NCBI GenBank assembly: GCA_963699725.1
Contig: CAVOVA010000001.1
Span: 5,836 to 69,835 of the forward strand
Direction: 5' to 3'
Length of the DNA stretch: 64,000 nt
DNA from: an uncultured Thermoleophilia bacterium
Lineage (GTDB): Bacteria; Actinomycetota; Thermoleophilia; UBA2241
The notes under the pieces are model-generated. The model did not search any database and was not told where the DNA came from. It saw nothing but the letters and a program-made list of their open reading frames with translations. The translations under genes were made by a program, and so were the position numbers. This document shows positions 8,125-16,836 of this stretch, in pieces (the first letter of the stretch is position 1; every line of letters starts with the position of its first letter).

Positions 8125-8835
8125 ATGGATCTACTCATCAGCGTGATCGACGAGGCCGAAGTCCATCCGGCCGTGGCCGGCGGCGCGGACATCGTAGATG
8201 TGAAGAACCCAAGGGAAGGCTCGCTCGGCGCCAACTTCCCGCATGTGATCCGGCGCATCCGCATGCTCACCCCGGCCGCCGTCCCGGTGAGCGTCGCCAT
8301 CGGGGACTTCCCCAACCTGCCCGGGACGGCCGCTCTGGCCGCGGCGGGGGCCGCCGCTTGCGGCGTGCAGTACGTGAAGGTCGGGCTCCTGGGACCGCAG
8401 GACCACGACGAGGCCTTCGCCGTGCTCTCCGCGGTCTGCCGCGCCGCGCGCGACGAGACTCCCGGCGTCCGCGTCATGGCGGCCGCCTACGCAGAGGCGC
8501 GCGCGACCGGTTCGCTCTCGCCCGGGGAGCTGCCGGCCGTCGCCGCGGCGGCGGGGGCCGACGGCTGCATGATCGACACGCTCGGCAAGGGAGGGGTGAC
8601 GCTGTTCACCGAGTTGGCCGCGGCCGAACTCGAGCGCTTCGTGACCAGCTGCCGGGAGGCGCGGCTCCTGTGCGCCATGGCCGGCTCTCTGAGGGCCTCC
8701 GACGTGCCGCGGCTCCGCGAGCTTGCGCCGGACATCGTCGGCGTGCGCGGCGCCGTCTGCAGCGGCGGTCGCCGCGACGGCAAGCTCGACAGCGAGGCCG
8801 TGCTGCGTCTCAAGGAGCTCGTGGCGCAAGTCTGA
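8125..8835 (+). CDS. mfnB: (5-formylfuran-3-yl)methyl phosphate synthase (MfnB / DUF556, orf20-type)
   Basis: C-terminal 236 aa of ORF 6772-8835, from ATG 8125. MDLLISVIDEAEV..AGGADIVDVKNPREGSLGANFP...VGVRGAVC closely follows M. jannaschii MfnB as I recall it. Confidence 0.8.
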   Translation: MDLLISVIDEAEVHPAVAGGADIVDVKNPREGSLGANFPHVIRRIRMLTPAAVPVSVAIGDFPNLPGTAALAAAGAAACGVQYVKVGLLGPQDHDEAFAVLSAVCRAARDETPGVRVMAAAYAEARATGSLSPGELPAVAAAAGADGCMIDTLGKGGVTLFTELAAAELERFVTSCREARLLCAMAGSLRASDVPRLRELAPDIVGVRGAVCSGGRRDGKLDSEAVLRLKELVAQV

Positions 8836-9475
8836 CCCCCTCCGTGTGTCCCGTCTCGAGCAGTTCCGTGAGCCGTTGCGGATGATCGCCGTCGATCGCC
8901 CAGAGGTCGAACGGCGCATCGCCGAGCAGCTCGGCCAGGTGACCGTCGACGCCGCGGGACGCCGCGATCTCGGCGAGCGTCAAGACGCCCGCGAGGCCGT
9001 CCGCAGCCGCGGCCGCCAGGCTCGCCATGCCGTGGCGATCCTTCAGCAGCACGAGAAGGCGCCCGCGCAGCTGCCGCGTCAGCCACGCCGCGATGGAGTC
9101 CGAGGTCACCGACCAGGTGTGGGGCAGGGGATCGGCCTGCCGCAGCGGCTCCGACGGGAGGAGGACGACGGCGCCACTGCCGTCGGCGAGGCGCTCGCCT
9201 GCCTCGTGGAGGGTGCGCGCAACCTCGGCGCCGGGCGTCAGATCGGCCAGGAGGAGCCCGTACTGGTCCATGGCGAGGATGGCCATCCAGTGGGCGGTGT
9301 CCGGCTGAAGCCCGAACCGCTCGTCGAGATCGCGCACGACGTCGGCGGAAGCTCCGCCGCCGGGCACGACCAGAAGGCCACGGTCACGGCCCGCTGTGGC
9401 CAGGCGCGCACACACAGTCCGCAGGGACGCGGTCCGGGCCAGGCTTCCCCCCACCTTGACGACCGCGTCGATCAC
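8810..9475 (-). CDS. mfnE: Amino-acid-kinase-family protein, MfnE-like ([5-(aminomethyl)furan-3-yl]methyl phosphate kinase, orf21-type)
   Basis: VIDAVVKVGGSL and LVVPGGGASAD motifs. Start is GTG 9475, in a GTGA overlap with the upstream gene stop. Confidence 0.7.
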   Translation of the reverse strand: MIDAVVKVGGSLARTASLRTVCARLATAGRDRGLLVVPGGGASADVVRDLDERFGLQPDTAHWMAILAMDQYGLLLADLTPGAEVARTLHEAGERLADGSGAVVLLPSEPLRQADPLPHTWSVTSDSIAAWLTRQLRGRLLVLLKDRHGMASLAAAAADGLAGVLTLAEIAASRGVDGHLAELLGDAPFDLWAIDGDHPQRLTELLETGHTEGVRLAPRAP

Positions 9476-10563
9476 GGTTGCGCGCCTTGCGGGCCCGGCC
9501 CGCCGCCGGGGTCCGATCCGGCCGCCAGAGCCGCCCCCAGGAGGCGGGCGACGGCGGCGGCCGGCAGGGCGGCGCCCTCCGCCCCCCACAGGGCGCCCGG
9601 GGGCAGCACGTCGAGGCCGAGGCGGCCCGCGATCTCCGTCGCCAGAAAGGCGCCGGCGCCGGCGGGGGCGACGGGGACCGTGGCGGGCTCCCCCCAGCGC
9701 GACAGGACCTGGAGAAGCCCGTCGCCGATCACCTGCAACTGTCGTTCGCTCACGTAGCGCGCGAGCGCGACGATCTCGCCCTCACTCAGCGTCTCGCGAT
9801 CGGCGCAGACGAGGCGCGCCAGCCGCTCGGCGGACGCGGTCCGCGAGACGGCTCGTCCGTCGGGCGTGGTACAGACGTAGTCATCGGCGGCGATCCGCCC
9901 CAGCAGCAGGTAGGCGTCCGCCATCACCGCGAACTGCTCCGCCGCGAGACGGCACGGACGGCCGCGGATGGGCACGGTGGCCGTGAGCGTGTTGGGGTTG
10001 GTGCGCAGGACCCCGGTGTAGATCAGCTCGCCGGCGATGAGGCGGTCGAGGTCCGTGCGTCCTTCGCAGGCGAGACGACCCTCCCGGATCGGGACGATGT
10101 CGGTGGTCGTGCTTCCCACGTCCATGAGGATGCACGCATCGACGCGCGAGGCGGCGAGCAGGGCCGAGGCGACCCAGTTCGTGGCCGCGAACGCGAGCGG
10201 TCGCGTGCGCGCCGCGGGCAGCGGCGTGAGTTGGCCGTCACAGTCGAGCGCGAAGATGCGGCTCCCGGGGAAGGCGTCGACGAGTCCGTCCATCACGAAC
10301 CGCACCCCTTCACGCTTGTCCCGGAACGCGTCCGAGAGTTCGGCCGTCATCGTCAGCGCGTGCGGTGTGGAGTCGTCGACGGCGAGCTCCTCCGCCAGAT
10401 CCTTCAGGACGCCGGGGAGGCGATCGCGTCCGCGCCACATCTCGAGCGCGCGCACGGCGGTCCGCACCACGGGGGGACCGCCGGGCCGTGACTCCACCCG
10501 GGCAGCCTTGACCTGCACGCCACCTACGTCCCATCCGACGGTGACGATGGCCTCAGGGTCCAT
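9472..10563 (-). CDS. mfnF: Hydantoinase/oxoprolinase-like ASKHA protein, H4MPT-linked C1 pathway family (MfnF-like, orf22-type)
   Basis: WDVGGVQVK and MDVGSTTTDIVPI ASKHA phosphate motifs. ATG 10563 has GGAGG 7 nt upstream and lies just before the stop of the upstream gene. Confidence 0.7.
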   Translation of the reverse strand: MDPEAIVTVGWDVGGVQVKAARVESRPGGPPVVRTAVRALEMWRGRDRLPGVLKDLAEELAVDDSTPHALTMTAELSDAFRDKREGVRFVMDGLVDAFPGSRIFALDCDGQLTPLPAARTRPLAFAATNWVASALLAASRVDACILMDVGSTTTDIVPIREGRLACEGRTDLDRLIAGELIYTGVLRTNPNTLTATVPIRGRPCRLAAEQFAVMADAYLLLGRIAADDYVCTTPDGRAVSRTASAERLARLVCADRETLSEGEIVALARYVSERQLQVIGDGLLQVLSRWGEPATVPVAPAGAGAFLATEIAGRLGLDVLPPGALWGAEGAALPAAAVARLLGAALAAGSDPGGGPGPQGAQP

Positions 10564-11596
10564 CACTCCACCTCCCCCCGAACGCCGCCGAAGGCGGTGA
10601 GACGACCGCGGCCGGCAGGACGCCGTCCCGGCACGCGTCCCAGACCGCCGCCGCCATGTTGAGTGCGATCACGCGGCGCAATCCGACATACGACGTCGTC
10701 GGCCGCGGGTTGATCTCGATCAGCCAGCACGTCTCCCTGCCGAGTACCAGATCGACGCCGACATACCCACGCAGGCCGGGCACCAGGGCGACGGCCTTTC
10801 GCGCGAGCTCGCGTGCCTCCTCGCTTCGCGGGTGAGGCAACGAGGCGACCCCGCCATCGTACGCGAACGGCACCCCCGCTCGCACCCGCTGGCTGTTCAG
10901 ACTCAGCGCGATCGAACGCTCCTCGGCGACCAGCAGCGAGACGCTGGCCGCCTGACCCTCCACGTACTTCTGCACGAGCACGGAGGTCGCCGTGAGGAGG
11001 GCGGGCTGACGCAAGGCCCCTCCGAGCGCTGCTTGGTTCGCGGCCAGGCCGACGCCGTCGCACCCGGCGCCGTCGAGCGGCTTGACGACGACGGGGTAGC
11101 CGATAGACGCCGCGGCCGCCGCGGCGTCGGCCGGGACGACGCAGAGCGTCGCCGGCGTCGGCAGGCCGGCGCGCACGAAGCGGCGATGGCACTCCCACTT
11201 GTCCGCGGCGACGGCGACCGCCGCCGCCGGGCTGCCGAGAAGCGCGACGCCGGCGTCCGACAGAAGGTCGCTCACGCGTTCGAGCGCGCCCTCGCCCTCG
11301 GGGGCGACCACCAGCGCCGCTCCGCACTCGCGACCGAGCTCCAGCAGTGTTTCGAGGTACACTTCGGAGTCGACATCGACGATGCGATCGGCGTCCAGTC
11401 CCGGCGTCGGCAGACGCCGGTCGCGCGTGGTCACCACGGTGAATCTGCCCCACGACCGCAGGTCCGCCAGCAGGGCCCGCAAGAGGGCCAGGGCCTCCGT
11501 GGCGAGCCCGTTCGGAATGCGCGGCCCCGGCCATCCGCCGCCGGTGACGTACTCGTGCACGAGGATCGCTGAGGGGAGAGTCGACGTGGATGCCAT
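10553..11596 (-). CDS. mfnD: ATP-grasp ligase, MfnD-like (tyramine-L-glutamate ligase family)
   Basis: ILVHEYVTGGG N-terminus, PVVVKPLDGAGCDGV and WLIEINPRPTTS ATP-grasp blocks. Start is ATG 11596. Confidence 0.6.
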   Translation of the reverse strand: MASTSTLPSAILVHEYVTGGGWPGPRIPNGLATEALALLRALLADLRSWGRFTVVTTRDRRLPTPGLDADRIVDVDSEVYLETLLELGRECGAALVVAPEGEGALERVSDLLSDAGVALLGSPAAAVAVAADKWECHRRFVRAGLPTPATLCVVPADAAAAAASIGYPVVVKPLDGAGCDGVGLAANQAALGGALRQPALLTATSVLVQKYVEGQAASVSLLVAEERSIALSLNSQRVRAGVPFAYDGGVASLPHPRSEEARELARKAVALVPGLRGYVGVDLVLGRETCWLIEINPRPTTSYVGLRRVIALNMAAAVWDACRDGVLPAAVVSPPSAAFGGRWSDGP

Positions 11597-12347
11597 TCCG
11601 GTCCTAGACCTCATGGGAGGTCGAGTGGTGCAGGGCCTCCGCGGCGAGCGGCAGGCCTATCAGCCGGTGCGCAGTGCGCTGGTCGCGGGCTGCGATCCCG
11701 TGACCATCGCGCGGGCGCTGTGCGGCGCCTGCGGCGGCAAGGTCGTGTACATCGCCGACCTCGACGCCATCACGGGCACCGGCGACCATCTCGAGACCGT
11801 CGGGGAACTCGCCGACGGTCTCGGGGTTGAGCCCTGGGTTGACGCGGGCGTCAGCGGCGAGGAGGCCGCGGCCCGGCTGCTCGAGGCGGGCGCCGCGCGC
11901 GTGATCGTCGGCACCGAGACCCTCTCCGAGATCGGGGCGTTGCGCGGGCTTCGCGGCGCCCTGCCCGCGGGGCAGCTCATCGTCAGCCTCGACGTGGGCG
12001 CCGGCGGCGTGATCAGCAGGTGCCCATCGCTGCGCGGCCGTGCGCCGCTGGAAGCACTGGAGGTGCTCGTCGCCGAGGGCGTTGAAGACATCATCCTGCT
12101 CGCCCTGACCCAGGTCGGCACGGGAGCCGGGCCGGACGCCGGGACGCTGAGGGCGGCCCGAGCGGCGTTTCCACGGCTGCGCCTGGTCGCGGCCGGCGGC
12201 GTGCGCGACCCCGGGGACCTGCGTCTCCTCGCGGCGGCCGGCGCCGACGGCGTGCTGCTCGCGACGGCGCTTCATCGCGGCTGGATCACGCCGGCCGATA
12301 TCCGCGCGGCGCGGTCGGACGGTCGCTCGCTCACCAGCGGGCCGTGA
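11586..12347 (+). CDS. HisA/HisF-family (beta/alpha)8 barrel protein of the H4MPT-associated subgroup
   Basis: AIPVLDLMGGRVVQG...VYIADLDAI...AAGGVRDPGDL. GTG 11586 is preceded by GAGGGGAG. Confidence 0.7.
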   Translation: MDAIPVLDLMGGRVVQGLRGERQAYQPVRSALVAGCDPVTIARALCGACGGKVVYIADLDAITGTGDHLETVGELADGLGVEPWVDAGVSGEEAAARLLEAGAARVIVGTETLSEIGALRGLRGALPAGQLIVSLDVGAGGVISRCPSLRGRAPLEALEVLVAEGVEDIILLALTQVGTGAGPDAGTLRAARAAFPRLRLVAAGGVRDPGDLRLLAAAGADGVLLATALHRGWITPADIRAARSDGRSLTSGP

Positions 12348-13224
12348 GGGCGGGCACGTCGCCGAGCAAGCCGCCCTCCGTCAGAGCGACGAACAGCGAC
12401 GCCGCGATGAGGTCGGCCGTCGTGCCGGGGTTCAGCGCGTGAGCCTGATCGCCGAGCTCGGCAGACAGATCGCCGAGGCCGGCGCGTCCCGCGACGGTCG
12501 CGGTTCCTCCGGCGGCGAGGACGCGCGCCGCGCGTCGTGACACGTCCTCCGCCACGGCCACGCCGTTCTTGCGCGCGATCAGCGTGTCGGGGGTCTCGGC
12601 GAGGATCGTGAGGAACGCCGTCAGGACCGCCTCGGAGAACCTGGCGCCGTCGTCCCAGCAGCGCAGGACCGTTTCCGCGCCAAGCGTGAAGGTGAGCTGG
12701 AAATCGGTGACGTACTCACGGGCGATGGCATCGCGCTCGCGCGCTGCGTCCATGGCCTCCAGCAGGGTCACGCTGACCTCACGCTCGTGGACGTCGTGGC
12801 GGTCGGTCTCTCCCATGCCGGCGGGAGCGGCGGCCCGGATGGCCTCGTAAGCCAGGACCGCATCCCGCACCGTCAGCGATCTGAGGACCCCGGCCAGCTC
12901 CCGACGCAGGTCGCCTCCTCCGGCGGGCATACCCGCGGCGGCGTTCGCCAAGGGCGCGAGCAGCAGGATCAGCCCCAGATTGGTGTTGACGGCGACGAGA
13001 CGGCGCGTGTCGGCCGCGGCCCTGGCGATCGTCGCGCCCACCGCGGCCCTCCCGGCGTCGCGCAGCGCGGGACCGATCGCCACCGCGCTGGTCAGGAAGT
13101 CCTCGAAGCGCATGTCGGTGAAGGGGCTGCGTGGCGACACGTTCCCAGGCTTCTCGATGCTGGCCTCGAACAGGCACGCGAGCTGCGCCGCCCACGCGAT
13201 CTCGGCGCTCGTCAGCCGCTTCAT
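12331..13224 (-). CDS. Triphosphoribosyl-dephospho-CoA synthase (CitG/MdcB) family protein, H4MPT-cluster orf7-type
   Basis: LACLFEASIEKPGNVSP...NTNLGLILLLAPL...NPGTTADLIAASLF. ATGA overlap with the upstream mptN stop. Confidence 0.75.
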   Translation of the reverse strand: MKRLTSAEIAWAAQLACLFEASIEKPGNVSPRSPFTDMRFEDFLTSAVAIGPALRDAGRAAVGATIARAAADTRRLVAVNTNLGLILLLAPLANAAAGMPAGGGDLRRELAGVLRSLTVRDAVLAYEAIRAAAPAGMGETDRHDVHEREVSVTLLEAMDAARERDAIAREYVTDFQLTFTLGAETVLRCWDDGARFSEAVLTAFLTILAETPDTLIARKNGVAVAEDVSRRAARVLAAGGTATVAGRAGLGDLSAELGDQAHALNPGTTADLIAASLFVALTEGGLLGDVPALTARW

Positions 13225-14093
13225 GCGGACCCTTCGAGGACGTGGTCGACCAGGCACTGCGCGGCATCGACACCGGTGGCCGCGCGTAGCGCACGCCAGC
13301 CCGGGATCGTGTTGACCTCGATGACGCTGTACTCGCCGTCGTCGCCCGGGAGGATGTCGACGCCGGCGTGCTCGGCGCCCACGACCCGCGTCGCTCGCAG
13401 GCTCAAGGCGGCCACCCGATCATCCGGCTCGAACGGCTCCGCTTTGGCGCCCTGCGCCGCGTTCGTCTTCCAGCCGTCACCGCGGCGCATCATCGCCCCG
13501 ACGACGCGCTCGCCGACGACGAAGACGCGGATGTCCGCGTGGCCGTGAGGCACGAACTCCTGGAGGCAGTAGATGTAGCGGCCCAATTCGAGCGCGCGGA
13601 ACGCGCGGTACGCCGTGTCCGCGTCGGTGAGTCGTACGATGCCCCTGCCCTCGGAGCCGAACAGGGGCTTGACGACGACGTCGCCGCCGAGCGCTTCGTA
13701 GGCAGTCATGGCGTCTTCGAAGCGCTCGGCCACGATGGTGCGCGGCGTCGGCAGGCCGGCGTCGTGAAGCCTCGCGGAGGTGTAGTACTTGTCCACGCCG
13801 TGTTCGATGGCCGTCGCCGAGTTGACCACCCTCGCGCCGGAGTGCTCGAGCATGCGAAGGGCGTCCATGCGGAAGATGACCTGCTCCAGCGAGCCGGCCG
13901 GGATGGCGCGCACGAACACCACGTCGAACCCGTCCAGCGTGACGCCGCCGGCCGTGAGGCGTGGGCTGTGGTCGACGCCGGCGGTCAGCTGCATGACCGG
14001 GTAGCACTCCGTCTCGATGCCCCGGCGTGCCAAGGCCGAGCGGAGGCTCTCGGTGTGCCAGCCTCCCTTCTGGCCCAGGATGGCGGCCTTCAC
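13221..14093 (-). CDS. mptN: RimK-type ATP-grasp, tetrahydromethanopterin:alpha-L-glutamate ligase-like
   Basis: Part of ORF 13221-14573, from GTG 14093 (GTGA overlap with the mch stop). VVKPLFGSEGRGI and VIEVNTIPGW motifs. Confidence 0.75.
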   Translation of the reverse strand: MKAAILGQKGGWHTESLRSALARRGIETECYPVMQLTAGVDHSPRLTAGGVTLDGFDVVFVRAIPAGSLEQVIFRMDALRMLEHSGARVVNSATAIEHGVDKYYTSARLHDAGLPTPRTIVAERFEDAMTAYEALGGDVVVKPLFGSEGRGIVRLTDADTAYRAFRALELGRYIYCLQEFVPHGHADIRVFVVGERVVGAMMRRGDGWKTNAAQGAKAEPFEPDDRVAALSLRATRVVGAEHAGVDILPGDDGEYSVIEVNTIPGWRALRAATGVDAAQCLVDHVLEGSA

Positions 14094-15055
14094 GCGAAGA
14101 AGGACTGCCGGAGGACCTCCGGGTTCACTCCGCCGGCGCGGAAGGTGCGCCCGCTCGTCATGTTGGTGATCGTGACCTCCGCAGGGCTGAACAGCAGTGG
14201 GTCGATCTTGTAGAAGTCGTGGTCGTACCGCCGGAACAGCTCGCCGAAGGTGGTGCCGTAGTCCTTCGACGAGGCGGACGGAAGCTGCTCGATGATGCTC
14301 TCCACCTGCTCGTCGTCGGCCTGCACCGTGTACCAGGCGCGTCCTCCGTAGAGCACCCCGTCGTTCGTGCGGCCGATGGCGGTGAGGTCGTCGGCGGCGA
14401 TCGGCGCCAGCGGGCAGGAACCGAAGCCCGAGCGCAGTGTGCCGATGTCGAACCCCACCTCGTGCATCTTGTGGATGCCGGTCTCGACGACGCGCGCTGC
14501 GATCTGCACCGAGCCGACGATGCAGGCGGTGGGCGCCACCAGCAGGTGGAGCCTGTCCGGAGCCACGCCGCACTTCCCGGCGATCCAGTCGGTCGCCCCG
14601 AGCGGCGGCAGCGTTCTCGACTCCAGGGTGAGGACGGCGGCGTCCGCCGGATCGCGGTACTCGATGTCGGAGAAGATCGGGTCGCCCTGGTAGTGCGCCC
14701 GTGCCGGACCCGAGCCCATCGCGAAGTACGACTTGGTGTCGTCGGTCTTCGGTGTCTTCACGGCCCAGCCGGCGTACTGCGAGGCCATGCAGGCCACTAC
14801 CGGATGGCTCACGCCGACCTCGACGCCGGGCAGCGCCAGGTCATCAAGGTGAAGCTCACGCATCTGGACGCTGCCGAGGCCGCCGAGGCAGATCTCGGCG
14901 AAGAGGCGGCCGGCCGCGAGGGAGCCCCAGGCTTCGATGCCGCAATCGAGGACGGTGACGCCGTTCTCGTACTCCGAGACGGCGACGCCGTACGCCTCCT
15001 CGGCGTCCACGAGTCGCCGGCAGATGTCGCGCGCACGGTCGTTCACGCTAAGCAC
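14090..15055 (-). CDS. mch: Methenyl-tetrahydromethanopterin cyclohydrolase
   Basis: 321 aa. Full-length similarity, recalled, to Mch: VLDCGIEAWGSLAAG...SQYAGW...AMGSGPARA...GRTNDGVLYGG. Confidence 0.9.
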   Translation of the reverse strand: MLSVNDRARDICRRLVDAEEAYGVAVSEYENGVTVLDCGIEAWGSLAAGRLFAEICLGGLGSVQMRELHLDDLALPGVEVGVSHPVVACMASQYAGWAVKTPKTDDTKSYFAMGSGPARAHYQGDPIFSDIEYRDPADAAVLTLESRTLPPLGATDWIAGKCGVAPDRLHLLVAPTACIVGSVQIAARVVETGIHKMHEVGFDIGTLRSGFGSCPLAPIAADDLTAIGRTNDGVLYGGRAWYTVQADDEQVESIIEQLPSASSKDYGTTFGELFRRYDHDFYKIDPLLFSPAEVTITNMTSGRTFRAGGVNPEVLRQSFFA

Positions 15056-15896
15056 GGACCAGCACCTCCCCTCGGCCGCCCGTGTTCATGTCGCCGACAT
15101 AGCGCCGGAAGGTGTCGGCCGTGAGCGCCGTCTCCTCGAGCGAGCCGGAACTCCGCAGGGCGCGCAGGTAGGTCTGCAGGAACACGGGCCTGTACGTGCA
15201 GGCGTACGCGAACGTGGGGAGCATGGGCGGCGCCTCGCCGAAGGCGACGACGGTCCCACGCTTCATGCCGGCTCCGGGGCGTCCGCCGAGCCGGCCGCCC
15301 ACGAAGACAGAGCCGGCGAGCATGCCGGCGCCGGCGAACTCGCCGGAGTCACCGAGCACGACGATGAGGCCGCGTCGCATGCGGCCGCCGACCTCGCGGC
15401 CACACGAGCCCTTCACGATGATCGTCCCGCCGCGCATGCCCTTGGACTCGCCCGAGTACGCGGCGCCGGTGAAGTGGCCGGCGTTCCCCTCGATGACCAC
15501 CCGGCCGCCCGACATGTGGGCGCCGGCCCAGTCGCCGGTGCTGCCCTCCACGACGATCTCCCCGCCCTTCATGAACGCGCCGACGTGGGGGCCGGTGTCG
15601 CCCGCTACGGTGATGCGGCCGAACGTCATGCCGTAGCCGATCTTCTTGACGGCCTTGAGGTCGCCGCGCACGGTGATGTTGTCGGCGCCCGCGCCGTCGA
15701 CCGTGAAGAGGTCGCCCAGCTTCACCTGCCGGCGACCGTAGAAGACCGGCAGCGCCTCGATGTCCACCTGCCCGAGGCCGGCGAAGCGGTCCGGGCAGAT
15801 GCTGTCCGCCTCCACCGGGATCGTGCCCGGTTCCTTGCGCTCGAGCGTGATGCCGTCTCCTTCGAGCACGAGCGCCGCACAAGCTATGCATCCCAT
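15048..15896 (-). CDS. fwdC: Formylmethanofuran dehydrogenase subunit C
   Basis: 282 aa. Repeated G-x-x-G-x-x-M-x-GG-x-I-x-V-x-G beta-helix repeats (GAFMKGGEIVVEG, GAHMSGGRVVIEG, GMRGGTIIVKG). GAGGAGGAGG RBS. Confidence 0.85.
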   Translation of the reverse strand: MGCIACAALVLEGDGITLERKEPGTIPVEADSICPDRFAGLGQVDIEALPVFYGRRQVKLGDLFTVDGAGADNITVRGDLKAVKKIGYGMTFGRITVAGDTGPHVGAFMKGGEIVVEGSTGDWAGAHMSGGRVVIEGNAGHFTGAAYSGESKGMRGGTIIVKGSCGREVGGRMRRGLIVVLGDSGEFAGAGMLAGSVFVGGRLGGRPGAGMKRGTVVAFGEAPPMLPTFAYACTYRPVFLQTYLRALRSSGSLEETALTADTFRRYVGDMNTGGRGEVLVRA

Positions 15897-15942
15897 CGCT
15901 GCTGCCTCCTCCTCATCGCGGGAGCGACCCTCCGCGCGGCGG

Positions 15943-16830
15943 TCACGGGTTCACCAGCTCCCGCAGGGCGAAGTGGAACTGCCCCAGGGAGCCTCCGTAG
16001 TTGCCGGCCGAGATGCGCTTCACCCCGGGCAGGCAGGCCGCCGCGATGCCCACCCTCATCGCTTCCCGTACAGCCTCCTCATCCAGCCCGTCGATGACGA
16101 TCTCGAGGACGGCGTTCTCGCCGTCGCGCAGCGCCGTCTGCTCCTGGGCGCGCAGCGTCGGGCAGTACGGGGTGTTGCTCGACACGCCCTGGCCCTTGTA
16201 GCGGGACGAGACCTTGCTGCCGGAGCGCACCACGCCGCCGGGAAACGGCATGATGGCGCCGGGAACGGCGCGCATGGCGGCCACCGCCGCCTCCGCCGCC
16301 GCCAGCGACGCCTCGAGGGTCTCAGCCATCATGAAGAAGTTGCCGCCGCCGACGCTCTTGGTCACGCCGAAGCTCTCCTCCACGACGAACTCCCCGTCCA
16401 TGACCGGGACGCGCCACAGGCGGCGGCCGTCGAGCAGCTTGCTGCGCTGGAACCCGTCACCGAAGTAGCGCAGCTTGCCGCCGACCTTGAGCTTCTCGTC
16501 AGCGCCCAGTCCGTCGTAGCAGGCCGACGTCGGCGATGTCATGATCGCCTGTCCCACACGGGCCAGCAGCACCGCCTCCATGTTCTTGCGCGAGGTCGCG
16601 AACACGAGCACTGCGATGCCGGGCCGGCCGTCGGGGGTCGTCTCGTCCGCAGCGAGCTCGTTGACGCCCGCCTCGCAGCCGCAGCCGATGATCGACGTGG
16701 CGAAGCCCGTCGCCGCCGCAGCCGCCGTGTGCGCCCACTCGGACGATTCCGCGGTCACGATGAGGCGTGATCCCCACATGCCGAAGGCCTCGGCGAAGGT
16801 GTCCTCTATCTCCACTCCGTTGACGTGCAT
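15943..16830 (-). CDS. ftr: Formylmethanofuran:tetrahydromethanopterin N-formyltransferase
   Basis: 295 aa. N-terminal VEIEDTFAEAFGMWGSRLIVTA, plus FATSIIGCGCEAG and MPFPGGVVRSGSKV, typical of Ftr/FhcD. Confidence 0.9.
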   Translation of the reverse strand: MHVNGVEIEDTFAEAFGMWGSRLIVTAESSEWAHTAAAAATGFATSIIGCGCEAGVNELAADETTPDGRPGIAVLVFATSRKNMEAVLLARVGQAIMTSPTSACYDGLGADEKLKVGGKLRYFGDGFQRSKLLDGRRLWRVPVMDGEFVVEESFGVTKSVGGGNFFMMAETLEASLAAAEAAVAAMRAVPGAIMPFPGGVVRSGSKVSSRYKGQGVSSNTPYCPTLRAQEQTALRDGENAVLEIVIDGLDEEAVREAMRVGIAAACLPGVKRISAGNYGGSLGQFHFALRELVNP

Positions 16831-16836
16831 GAGAGG

